DNA of 64,000 nucleotides from Octopus vulgaris (Eukaryota): positions 107,260,001 through 107,324,000 of the forward strand of contig OX597816.1 of assembly GCA_951406725.2 (NCBI GenBank), read 5' to 3'. This document shows positions 53,366 through 64,000 of the stretch, one piece after another (position 1 is the stretch's first letter; each line of letters begins with the position of its first letter). The translations under genes were made by a program, and so were the position numbers. Under the pieces are notes generated by a model that was not told the DNA's origin, ran no database searches, and worked only from the letters and a program-made list of their open reading frames with translations.

Positions 53366-53952
53366 GATGAAAGTTTCTGTAGCATTTTAGCCCCATATAA
53401 TAAAACTTTATTGCATAGCAAGCTTCCAAATTGCCTTCACAGCATGAGTGATGAGGATGCTGAATGATGATGATGATGTGACTTAGGATGGCAGTGCATC
53501 TCTTCTGTTCTCTGTATAGCACTTCCAGTGTAACTAAGGATGCCACTGGAACTATCTGACTTTCTCACCTACACTCACCCCCCCCCCCCCTCATCCTTAT
53601 CACTCATGCTGTCTTGTTCATCTTGAGGTACATGCTTAAAGAACCTCTTAAGATATACATGTACCTCACTCTCTGTTTAAACTCCTCCTCCCCTTGGCCA
53701 TTTGGATTTGACATCCATCATTCACTTTCACCATTTATCTTTCTCTTGTTACCCACCATGCTGTCACTCCTATCTTCCTTGGCACTGGTGCCATGTTAAA
53801 ATGCAACCAGAGCTCTCTGAAAAATGGTTAGTGTTAGGAAGGGCATCTCTCTATAGGAATGAAGGTCAAAATGAAACTTACAAGCAAAATGTGGTCTTCC
53901 AAGCCATCTAGGACATCAGTATTTACTAGTCCAACATGTGTCAGCTTGGAAA

Positions 53953-54540
53953 TCATCATCATCATCATCATCATCACTTAACATCTGTTGTCCATGCTGG
54001 CATAGGTTGGGTGGTTTGATCAGAGCTGGCAGTCTGATTTGGCATGGTTTCTATGGCTGGATGCCCTCCCTAACACCAACCACTTTACAGAATGTGCTGG
54101 GTACTTTTATGTGGCCTCACACGGGCCCTTTTACATAGCACTTCATGGATGTTTTTATGTGGTGCTGCATGGGTGCTTTTATGTAGCACTGCATGAGCGC
54201 TATCATGCAGCACCACACATGTGCTTTTAAGTGGCACTGCACTGGCACTTTTAAGGGATGTCACACGGGTGCTTTTATGTGGCACTGTATGGAAGCTTTT
54301 ACGTGACACCACACAGGTACTTTTTATGTGACACTGCCATAAATGCTTTTTACATGGCACTGGCCCAGGACTCTTGCAGGTCAATCCTCACCACTGGGGG
54401 TACCAGTCTTAACACTTCTGCAGTGGAGCATGGGTCTTCTTGAATACACCAAGCTGCTAAGCATCTTAGTTCTTTGTCCTGAAATATTCGGTGTTCTGAG
54501 GTTGTTCTTCAGCACTTTGTCCAATGTCTTCCTGGATCAT
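53953..54540 (-). mobile_element. RTE 3' tail with an expanded internal array of about 19-20 bp units
   Basis: GGGTGCTTTTATGTGGCAC-like units repeated more than 10 times between about 54100 and 54365. Confidence 0.78.
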
Positions 54541-55151
54541 GGAAAGTGGACATAAAAAATGATGATGATGATGATGATGATGGCCATGATGACATCACCA
54601 CAACTACCACTGCTACTGATGTATTGCAGTGCTAAAGCAGTAAATGAAAATGTATTTCCTGTTTCATATGATACCAGTCTATCAGGCACAAGGCAGGAAA
54701 GCGCTTCAGAGATTCAGCTCAGATCAAAACAGCCCAGCTAGATTTATAAATTGTGATATTTTATGTCATCATCATCATCATCATCATCATCATCACCATC
54801 ACTACTCTCACAACTACCACACCATTACTGTCACCACTATCACTACCAGAAGCCATCATCGACTGTTGCAATTAGTGAAACTTTTGATCAGTAAATACCA
54901 TTCCAGAAATTGTGAATGATATTTACATTAGTGGAGATGACGAATGAAAGACAGGCTTTTATATTATAATTAAACATCCTTAATCAAACAGCAACAACGA
55001 TAATAACAATAACGTTCCGGATGTCCGATGTCTGATCAGAAAAATATATGACCACACTGCAATTTTGTTTTGCCAGGATATCCACTAATGGCATGATCAC
55101 TTGTTTTATTGATGCTAATTGCATAATTTATGGTTAATATATGCTTTTAGT

Positions 55152-55462
55152 GTGGAGGTGCAATGGCCCAGTGGTTAGGGCAGCGGACTTGCAGTCGTAG
55201 GATTGTGGTTTCGACTCCCAGACTGGGCGTTGTGAGTGTTTATTGAGCGAAAACACCTAAAGCTCCACGAAGCTCCAGCAGGTGGTGGTGGCAATCCCTG
55301 CTGTACTCTTTCACCACAACTTTCTCTCACGCTTTCTTCTGTTGGCCTGCTCACTTAGCCAGCGGGGTGGTGTCATTTGAAGGCTAAAACAGTGCGAAGC
55401 TCATTGTGACCAGCGATGTGTAGCAACGTCTGATAGCCTGGTCGGTCATGGTGATCACAGTG
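55152..55462 (+). mobile_element. tRNA-derived SINE (family 1), full length
   Basis: GTGGAGGTGCAATGGCCCAGTGGTTAGGGCAGCGGAC...GTTTCGACTCCC; TSD ATATGCTT(T/C)TAGT. Confidence 0.88.
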
Positions 55463-57334
55463 ATATGCTTCTAGTAAGGTTGTGAGCTGGCAGAATCATG
55501 AGCATACCGAACAAAACACTTAGTGGTATTTTGTCTGTCTTTACGTTCTGAGTTCAAATTCTGTCAACGTTGACTTTGTCTTTCATCCTTCCAAAGTTGA
55601 TAAAATGAGTACCAGTTGAGCACTGGGATTGATCTAATCAAGCTATCCTCTCCTTGCTGGCCTTGTGCCACAATATGATATCAGTGTATGCTTCTAGTTG
55701 AGAAGTAAGCTTTTTAACACACAGCCATGTGTACATAGTTTTCTCACAGAGTATTGGTCAGCCCAAAGCCCTAGTAGAAGGCACAACCATGCAGTGGAAT
55801 TGAACCCAGAATCAATTATTATTTATATTATTGTTATTGTTGTTTAGCTCTTAGTCAATCCTGATTGAGCAGGCCTATCATCAAAAGCATTCTATCTGTA
55901 TCATTCTCATATTTTTAGGGGTAATTAGGACTACATCATCGAGTAAATCCTTTTTTTATGGTGTTTGGGTATAATTTGAGAGGGATTTAGCTACTCTTTG
56001 TAGCAAATCAAGTACAATTGTTATTACTGAGGAAGTTAATAGCAGAATCTGAGAAAAATGCCTTGTAGTATTCATTCTGGAATTTTATGTTTTGAAGCAA
56101 ATTTCCAAGATGAACTACCTTTTTTTTCCCCCTCTGGGAGTTGATAAAACAGGGTACCAGTCAAGTACTAGGGTCAATAAATATTTAGCCATTTAGCTGT
56201 GTCTTTTTACATTCTGAGCTGGCTGAGTTGTCACACTGGTGGATTTTACATTAGTTTCACTTATGAGTATTTAAGTTACTCAATCATTAGATTCACATTA
56301 AGTGGCTGAGTATTCACAGAAGGTATTAACCCTTTTAGCATTTGAATAATTCTGTCAAATGTAATGTTTTTTTATTGATATGAGGCACTCATAAGAGGCA
56401 CCTGTAAGGGCACCCATAAGAAGTACTTGTAAGAGGCACCCATAAGAGAAACCTGTACTGGTGACATGTAAAAGGCACCTTTTCCTATGACATGTAAAAG
56501 ACACCCAGTACACATTGTGGAGTAGTTGACATTATGAAGAGCATCCAACCATAGAAACCATGCCAAAATTGACAATGGAGTCTGGTGCAGCTTACCAGCT
56601 CCAGAGAAACCATCTTATCCATGCTGTCATGGAGAACACATGCTAAATGATGATAATGATCATGTTATCTCATAGCTTTGAGATTTCAATGATGTGATTG
56701 TATATTTTTAAGATGACATTGTAGTGTTGGTGTGAGAGGCCAGATCTGGCTTGTTTGAATATAAAGCAGGTAGAACATTTTAGCTGAATATGGCTGGTTT
56801 AAGTGCCAAAAAGTTTAATGTAATTCTCAGGTAGAATCTGCTTCACACTGTGTGTGACCAGGCTGAACTATTGAATAACAGATACAATCTATGTAGAAGG
56901 CTTCTATTCAAATTCCACTCACAAGGCTTGGATCCATTCAAGGCTATGTTAAAAGCTGTTACACCAACATGTGATAATGTGACATTCAACCTTAAGATCT
57001 CATGATTGGGAAGTGAACTTCTTAACCAATCAGTTATGTCTGCATCCATTAATCATCATCTTCATCATCATCATTTAGTGTCTGCTTTCCATGCTGGCAT
57101 GAGTTAGACAGTTTGACTGGAGCTGGTAAGCTGGAGTGCTCCACTAAGTTTCAGCAGTCTGGTCTGGCATAGTTTCTAAGGTTGGATGCTGTTCCTAATG
57201 CCAGCCATTCCAAGAGTGTAATGGTTGCTTTTCACATGCCACTGGCACGGGTACTTTTATGTGTCACCAGCATGGGTGCCAGTTATGTGACACTGCATCG
57301 ACCATGACTACAATTTCACTAAGCTTTATGAGTC

Positions 57335-57816
57335 TTAAGGTCTCAGTTACATTAAAGGTTCTACATTGGTTTGTTACTTGTTAAGGTCATCTCTACAGAT
57401 ATTCTATAGACCTGATTAACTTGGAGGGATCGTTGTAAAATCATGGCCTAGATCTCACCAAGAAATTCAGGTATTCTTTTCTTATCAGAACGATCAGAGT
57501 GGGTTTTCCAAGCTGCCATACCTTTGTAATCACCATTAGACTCATCCATCTCTTTACGAATCCTCTGTACTGTCCTCAGATTGACACCCAAACACTCTGA
57601 AATGTTCATATTGGAGCTTCCAGTGTGAATGTCAAGCAGTACAGCATGTCGTTTCCAAATTTCTGGCAGAGTGAATTGCATCATGGTACTGGTTTTCTCA
57701 CAGATGGTGCCCAACCGACCCTACCATATTGTGTAGTCAACAAAATCAAGAACAAACAATGCACATGTGTGAAATTAATGATATTAAATGGTGCCAATTT
57801 ATCCACCGCACCTTGT
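57335..57816 (-). mobile_element. Tc1/mariner relic, N-terminal HTH with terminal repeat
   Basis: KRHAVLLDIHTGSSNMNISECLGVNLRTVQRIRK (paired-like HTH). The minus strand starts TACAAGGTGCGGTGGATAAATTGGCACCA. Confidence 0.75.
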
Positions 57817-57817
57817 A

Positions 57818-57878
<61 letters not shown>

Positions 57879-58372
57879 TTATATATATGCATATATGTGT
57901 GTATGCATGCTTGAACATGAGACTACTTGTCTAAGTATTAATCTTCCTTTCCCTTCTACTTTCTTTTTGCCTCTAAGCAGTTATGACAGTGAAAGCTAAT
58001 TAGGTCATTTTATCTAAACTGGAACACATGATTTCCATCTTCATATTTGAATCTTTTGCATTTCTATAACATTATTTGCTTTTATTCATTCTTGAACTGG
58101 ATGCGTATATAATAATAAGCCAGCTGACTAAAAATCTCTAGTGAGACTTCTTTATCAGTGTACCTGAAGAGACCCAGAGTGATGGCTTGAAACATATGTT
58201 GCACCTCATAAAAGTCTAATATGAACTCCGTCTCCTATTATTAATTACTACTATTATATATATATATATTGGCCTGCTCGCTTAGCCAGCGGGGTGGCGT
58301 CATTCGAAGGGTAAAACTATGCGAACAAATTGTGACCAGCGATGTGTAACAACATCTGATGGTCTGGTCAGT

Positions 58373-58415
<43 letters not shown>

Positions 58416-58564
58416 GTAAGATATAAGTTAGAGGTAATGTAACCATCTAAGGGATAGATGTTTCATTAGGTACTCCTGCTATTACCTCAGTATGTGTGGT
58501 CCTTGTTATCAGGTATATGGTAGTAGGTAATTTAAAAGGTAAAACCGTGGTTTAATATATATAA

Positions 58565-58710
58565 AGACAATGAGAAATGGAGCAATAAATAAATGTGAGA
58601 AGTGGATCATTGGTGTTATAAAGTCATACTCTCATTTTAATTAAGTAATGACTTTATAACACCAACGATCCACTTCTCACTGTTATTTATTGCTCCATTT
58701 TTCATCGTCT
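58565..58710. repeat. Foldback hairpin (arms about 60 bp)
   Basis: AAATGGAGCAATAAATAA..GTGAGAAGTGGATCATTGGTGTTATAAAGTCAT ... ATGACTTTATAACACCAACGATCCACTTCTCAC..TTATTTATTGCTCCATTT. Confidence 0.88.
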
Positions 58711-58747
58711 CTCGCTCTCTCTCTCTCCCTATATATATATATATATA

Positions 58748-58986
58748 CTGTTGTGGGGAGAGTAATTTTCTTTTTGTGCCTTATAATTTAACACTCACCG
58801 GTAAAATTTCCACTTATTACATATTTTTATTTTCCTAAAATTTTCGTTGTGTCTTGCAACCTTTTCAATAGTCTTGACTCTTGAGAAAATTTTAGGAAAA
58901 TAGAAATAAGTAATAAGTGGAAATTTTACCAGTGAGTGTTAAATTATAAGGCACAAAAAGAAAATGACTCTCCCCAGACACAACAG
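58748..58986. repeat. Foldback element (arms about 95 bp) next to (TA)n
   Basis: GGGGAGAGTAATTTTCTTTTTGTGCCTTATAATTTAACACTCAC ... GTGAGTGTTAAATTATAAGGCACAAAAAGAAAATGACTCTCCCC. Confidence 0.9.
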
Positions 58987-59681
58987 AATATGCTTCCACA
59001 CATGAACTCACATAAAGAATCTTGCAAACCAAATCCAAAAGCGAAATATATATATATCTGTCACACTCTTTTCACACTTTTGTACACTTAGCTACCCACT
59101 TACCTTTTTATTCCTCTATCCTTACTCTCTCATATTCACCTTGCACCTTGTGGGTATACCCAGACCACTTCTCTCTCTCTCTCCAGCTGGGGGAGCTATG
59201 TATTTGCCTCTTCAGCAAGATACCTTTTGCTATCCCTCTATTATACTTTCCCTCCTTCACTACTCTACAGTTGAGGGGTCTGGTCTTGCAAGTCACTTGG
59301 TGACCTCACCAGTGCTGGTACCATGAAAATCCTCACTCAGTACACTCTCTAAAGTGTTTGGTATAACAAAGCTGTAAAAATCATACCAAAGCAGATATTG
59401 GCGATTGGTGCAGTCCTCTGGCTTGTAAGTTCCTATTGAAACCTCTAACCCATGCCAGCATGGAAAAAGGATTTTAAATGATAATGATGATGGTATATAT
59501 CTTCCATTTATTGTACTTGTGCATATGACTTTTACCCTTGCTGTAAGAAATGTATTGTATTTTTTGTGGGCCCTACCGTGGCCAATAAAGATGAGATTCT
59601 TGTTGCCTCTTCTGTTTGACATTGTATTTCTATGATTTATTTCTCTCTAATTTTCGCTTCTTTTCTGGTATTGTTTCATAG

Positions 59682-59793
59682 GTATTTGGAATTCTCTTCA
59701 CAATTGGGATGAGGACCGTTGTAAACCAAGCTTCTGTATTTGCAGCAAATCTCTCAATATGTATTGCCTTGCTTATTGGATTAATTCTCACAT
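59682..59793 (+). CDS. FLVCR2: FLVCR-like transporter, coding exon G (gene continues past the window)
   Basis: ttcatag| ... |gtaagt, 112 nt. VFGILFTIGMRTVVNQASVFAANLSICIALLIGLILT matches IFGILFT...GNIFL...IGIILT. Frame is continuous with exon F (phase 0). Confidence 0.92.
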
Positions 59794-60336
59794 GTAAGTT
59801 ACTGTTTTGTGCAATTGATTGACATTTATTATTATGATACAGTACATTCTGAGTTCAAATCGTGCCAAAGTTAACTTTGCCTTTCAACTTTTCAGGGTTG
59901 ATAAAATAAGTCTCGGTTAATCCCTGGGGTCAATGTAATCAATTTCCCTTGAAAATTGTTAGCCTTGTGCCAAAATTAGAAAGAATTATTATGACATACT
60001 CATTACAACATTGAGGAAGAATGTCTTGTAGTATTCATTCTGGAATTTTATGTTTTGAAACAAATTGCCAAGGTAACTTTACCTTTTTTTACCCCTCTGG
60101 GGGTTGATAAAACAGTCATTTGACTGCAGCCATGCTAGGGCACCACAATTCACATCCTTTCAAGATCGGCTTAATTGTTTCTTCTTTCAGTGGTTGATGA
60201 TGTCAAACAAAGTGCTTTGTGTTATTTCTTTAGATTCATTCTGAGTCCAAATCCTACCAGGGTCAGTTTTACTTTTTGTTCTTTTGGTCCAAATCCTACA
60301 ATGGTTTCAACTGCTCCATCTACAAATACAATAAAT

Positions 60337-60723
60337 AGTATTTGCATCACCCTTCTGCCTATGTTATAAAATAAAATTGGTCAATTCTGTAGAATGTTGG
60401 GCAAAAATATTTTGTATATTTTGTTATGGCCCTTTATTTTCTGAGTTCAAATCTTATCAAGATTAATGGTCAATAGAATAAAATGCTAGTCAAGTAATGT
60501 GGTCAAGTAAAGTGTTCCCCTACCTCAGTATTTGCATCACCCTTCTGCCTATGTTATAAAATAAAATTAGTCAATTCTGTAGAATGTTGGGCAAAAATAT
60601 TTTGTATATTTTGTTATGGCCCTTTATTTTCTGAGTTCAAATCTTATCAAGATTAATGGTCAATAGAATAAAATGCTAGTCAAGTAATGTGGTCAAGTAA
60701 AGTGTTCCCCTACCTCAGTATTT
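60337..60723. repeat. 190-bp tandem duplication
   Basis: 60337-60526 equals 60527-60716 apart from one visible mismatch (TTGGTCA vs TTAGTCA); AGTATTT at all three junctions. Confidence 0.93.
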
Positions 60724-62523
60724 CTGGCCCTGTGCTTATGTTAGGAAATTAATAGGTTTGTGTCTGGGTCAGAAACTATTTGCTGAGGCTGAGTTCAAAT
60801 TCTGCTGAGGTTGACTTTGCCTTTCATCCTTTCCAGGTTGATAAAATAAGTACTAGTTGAGCACTGAGGTTGATGTAATTGACTTATACCTCTGCTGAAC
60901 TTGCTGTCCTTGTGCCAAAATTCGAAACCAATATTTAGTTCTTTACAAGGCAGTAAGCTAGTAGAATCATTAGCATACCAGACAAAATGTTTAGCTGTAT
61001 TTTGTCTGTCTTTACATTTTGAATTCAAAACTTGTGATGGGTATTCAGCCTTTTTGAACAGGGAATGTTTACCTTTTATCCTTTTGGGGTTGATGAAATA
61101 AGTACTAGGAAAATACTGGTTTGATTTAATCAGCTATCACCCTACTGTCAGATTTTGTCTTAACATTATGGTTAAATTAGCCTGGAGGCATTCTTGACCA
61201 AGTGAATACAGTTTCACTACATTTTCCTTACTTGTTGCTGTCTTTATAACTCAACATGATAAAAGACTCATTAGAATATCAGACAGAACACCATCCAGTA
61301 TTTGTTCTGGCAGCTTTTTGCATTCTGAGCCTAATTCTCTGAGGTCAACTTTGCTTTTTAAGCTTTTGAGGTTAATAAATAAAGTCACAGTTAATATGGT
61401 GGATATTGGTGGAGTGTTCTGACAGTAATTGTGAGGATTGTATAATGTTTTGAGAGTTTTAGAGTGTCTCTCTTGCACAAGACTCTATCAGTTTGGCAAT
61501 ACAGCTTGTGAGATTAATTGGACAGTAATTGACAGGTGATGGGTATTCAGCCTTTTTGAACAGGGGAATGGTGCTGACAATTTTCCATTGTTCTGGGGTA
61601 ACATAGTAACTGAGGCAGAATTGGAAAAGTAGCCAAAGCTGATGCAGTAGACAGAGCCCACTGCATTTGAGAAGTAGATAAGTAATATCAACAAAACCAA
61701 AGGAGGCACAGTTATGATAGTTTCAGAGGGAAGAGGTTCTAGGAAAGGAAAATCAACCAGTGTATTTATTTCAGAGAAAAGCAGAGGCTGTTGTGGTAGT
61801 GGTAGGGAAACAGAGCGAGAGAGAGAGACGGTTAGTAGTAGTAGTAGTGGTGTTGGTGTTGGTTGTAGTTGTAGTAGAAGTAGTGGTGGTGGTGGCAGTG
61901 GTCGTTGTGAGAGTGGTTGTAGTAGTAGTAGTAGCTGCTGTTGAATCTTTGCCAGATGGCTCCTTTTTTGTTTCATTTTTGGTTCAAAATCTCTAACACA
62001 TGTACTCATTAATAGTGAATAACAGCAGGATTTAGCTACATAAAATGAAATTGCTTATGAACCCCCTAATCTGGAGATATATGTATTGATTATGGCTAGT
62101 ATCTATGGAATTGCCTGTTGGCGACATCTGTGAGGAATCCATGTTTTTCAGAGTATATGCTGTAGAATCTTCTCATGAGAAAGTATGTCATGTCCTGTTT
62201 AGATTTCATATTTATTCAGATGTGGATGTCTATCTAAGAAATCAGCTTTGCAACCATGTCACTCTAGTTTTGATTCCAGTGTGCCAGAGCTTGGGCAAGT
62301 GGCCTCTACCACAGCCTCAGTTTAACCAATACTTTGTAAACAGAATTTAATAGATGAAAACTGTTTGAAATGAATAATTGATCTATATGGAACATCACAT
62401 ACTTTCTGATGAGGAGATTATGTAGCAGATATTTAGAAAAATATAGAGCATTATTGGTATTCCATTCATGCCTGCACCCTTATAAAGTTTCTGAAGTTAA
62501 TTTGTGATACCATATTTATTCAC

Positions 62524-62746
62524 TTAACCCTTTCATTTCCAACCTGGCTGAAACTGCCTCTGTAGTACAAATGTCTTGTTTTCATAAGTTTTGAATTAAA
62601 ATCTTCCACCAAACCTTAGTCACAATTTATGTTCCTAACACTAGCTGAATGGTAACTAAGTTATTTTTTCTAAATTCTTTGTTATATTTAAAGTAATTGC
62701 AAGAAATACAGAAGATCCCAAAATAATTACAGTAACGAATGGGTTA
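62524..62746. mobile_element. piggyBac-type MITE (family B)
   Basis: TTAACCCTTTCATTTCC ... GTAACGAATGGGTTAA (TTAA target, CCC/GGG termini). Confidence 0.7.
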
Positions 62747-63818
62747 AACCACCTATTATTAACAGTGACATCCTGGGACAAATTCTCGTGTGTTTACTTT
62801 GTATGAGAAAAGGAGTTTAGTCAGATTTATTATAATTGCTGTATAAACTACACTCTAGAAGTTCAAACATCTTAAACAAAGCAAAAAACAAATTTGAAAA
62901 TGATCTTGGAATTTTACCAGTAAGTTATAAATGTGCATCTGCTGTAAAGTCAGCATTGTGGAAATCACATAATCAGAAGTTTTCTAGAAAATCAATTTGA
63001 TTTAAATAATAATAGTGTACTCAACTAAGTTTATGTTACTGTTCAGTTTAATATATTTCATTTAAGTATGGATTTTATTTTTTAAAAAAATTTCTAACTT
63101 TATTATGCATTTTTTAAAAGCCAATCTTTGGATGATTTTTATGTTTGAATGCCAGTGATGGTTTGTTATTTGTTCATTTGCTCAGCATCTAACAATATTC
63201 ACCATTGACTCAATAAGTTAATCTTCCAAAATACTTTACATCTATCATGCTGCATCCCATGATTTCAGCATACCCTGGCTGAGGTGGTTACATGCTATTT
63301 AACCTCTAGCTGGGGCCCTCACAGGTGCTACTACTCTAGGTAAGAGTAAACCTGGGAGCAATCATGGTCAATAAGTGATTCCACACTCCTCAAAACCCTG
63401 GAACTCTCAAACCAGGGCCCCGCAAATAAAAGATGTAGTTTAAAGTTTACCTAAGTAAAATAGAACACAATCTTGATTGATACAAGGCTTTCAATGTAGA
63501 CTTACTTATGAAACATTATGAACATTATCAGGAGATTATGTTACATTATAGTAGTGATTTAAACTCTATTTAGCTTGGATAATATCTTAATTCCAGTCAT
63601 GCTGTTCTGAATATGGACATGATCTTGCTACGTCTTGTGCATAATATGTGTCTAATTTTCAAGTTTAAAAATCTGGAAAAAAGTGTGTGCAATATACAGT
63701 CAAGTTAAAATTACTTTTCTCTTGTTTAGATTTACAGAAGTGAGAAAATGTGTACTAATTATTCAAGATATAATTCTTGAATAATGGATTAAACTCTGAA
63801 CTGAGTTCCCTAATTGTT

Positions 63819-63862
<44 letters not shown>

Positions 63863-64000
63863 TTCACTTCTCAGAACACTCAGTTCTTACTTGCTCAGAC
63901 TGATTCTTTGAGAGTAGACAGCAACCTGTTGTCAGAGGTTCACAGGGTCTCTTTCCACTAATTATAAGCTTTGGCACATGAATGTTAACTTATTGTTTGT

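Noticed and set aside
55152-55225. tRNA gene (Arg-like head)
   Set aside because: It continues into a SINE body with a TSD and occurs in several copies, so it is a SINE head and not a tRNA.
61488-62009. 173-aa ORF rich in Q, L and P
   Set aside because: Produced by (GTA/GTG)n and (GA)n microsatellites.
62215-62370. Candidate next FLVCR exon after ttcag (YVDVYLRNQ, faintly like IKSDLRR)
   Set aside because: The sequence aligns to a decayed family-3 SINE head (CTTGGGCAAGTG); the real exon is probably beyond 64000.

Overview
AT-rich, microsatellite-dense eukaryotic DNA. The repeat families look like those of Octopus (coleoid cephalopod); this is an inference from remembered repeat sequences, not a database result. 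The whole window lies inside one + strand gene encoding an FLVCR1/2-like (SLC49A, MFS) choline/ethanolamine/heme-associated transporter. Seven internal coding exons have canonical AG/GT boundaries and a continuous frame: 3923-4064, 8076-8216, 10527-10594, 14269-14372, 15956-16066, 42884-42989, 59682-59793 (784 nt). The first exon and the last exon(s) lie outside the window. The introns, including one of 26.8 kb and one of 16.7 kb, are filled with tRNA-derived SINEs, RTE and R4/Dong LINE fragments, a Penelope-like GIY-YIG fragment, mariner/Tc1 relics, hAT and piggyBac MITEs, a Helitron and microsatellites. Three hidden patterns stand out: (1) several foldback or Penelope-like elements, mostly in (TA)n tracts, carry minimal hammerhead-ribozyme-like motifs; (2) one of them has captured a 252-bp inverted copy of nearby intron sequence, and other local templated copies occur; (3) different SINEs have inserted serially at the same target site. 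Almost all ORFs in the supplied track are repeat or microsatellite artefacts.
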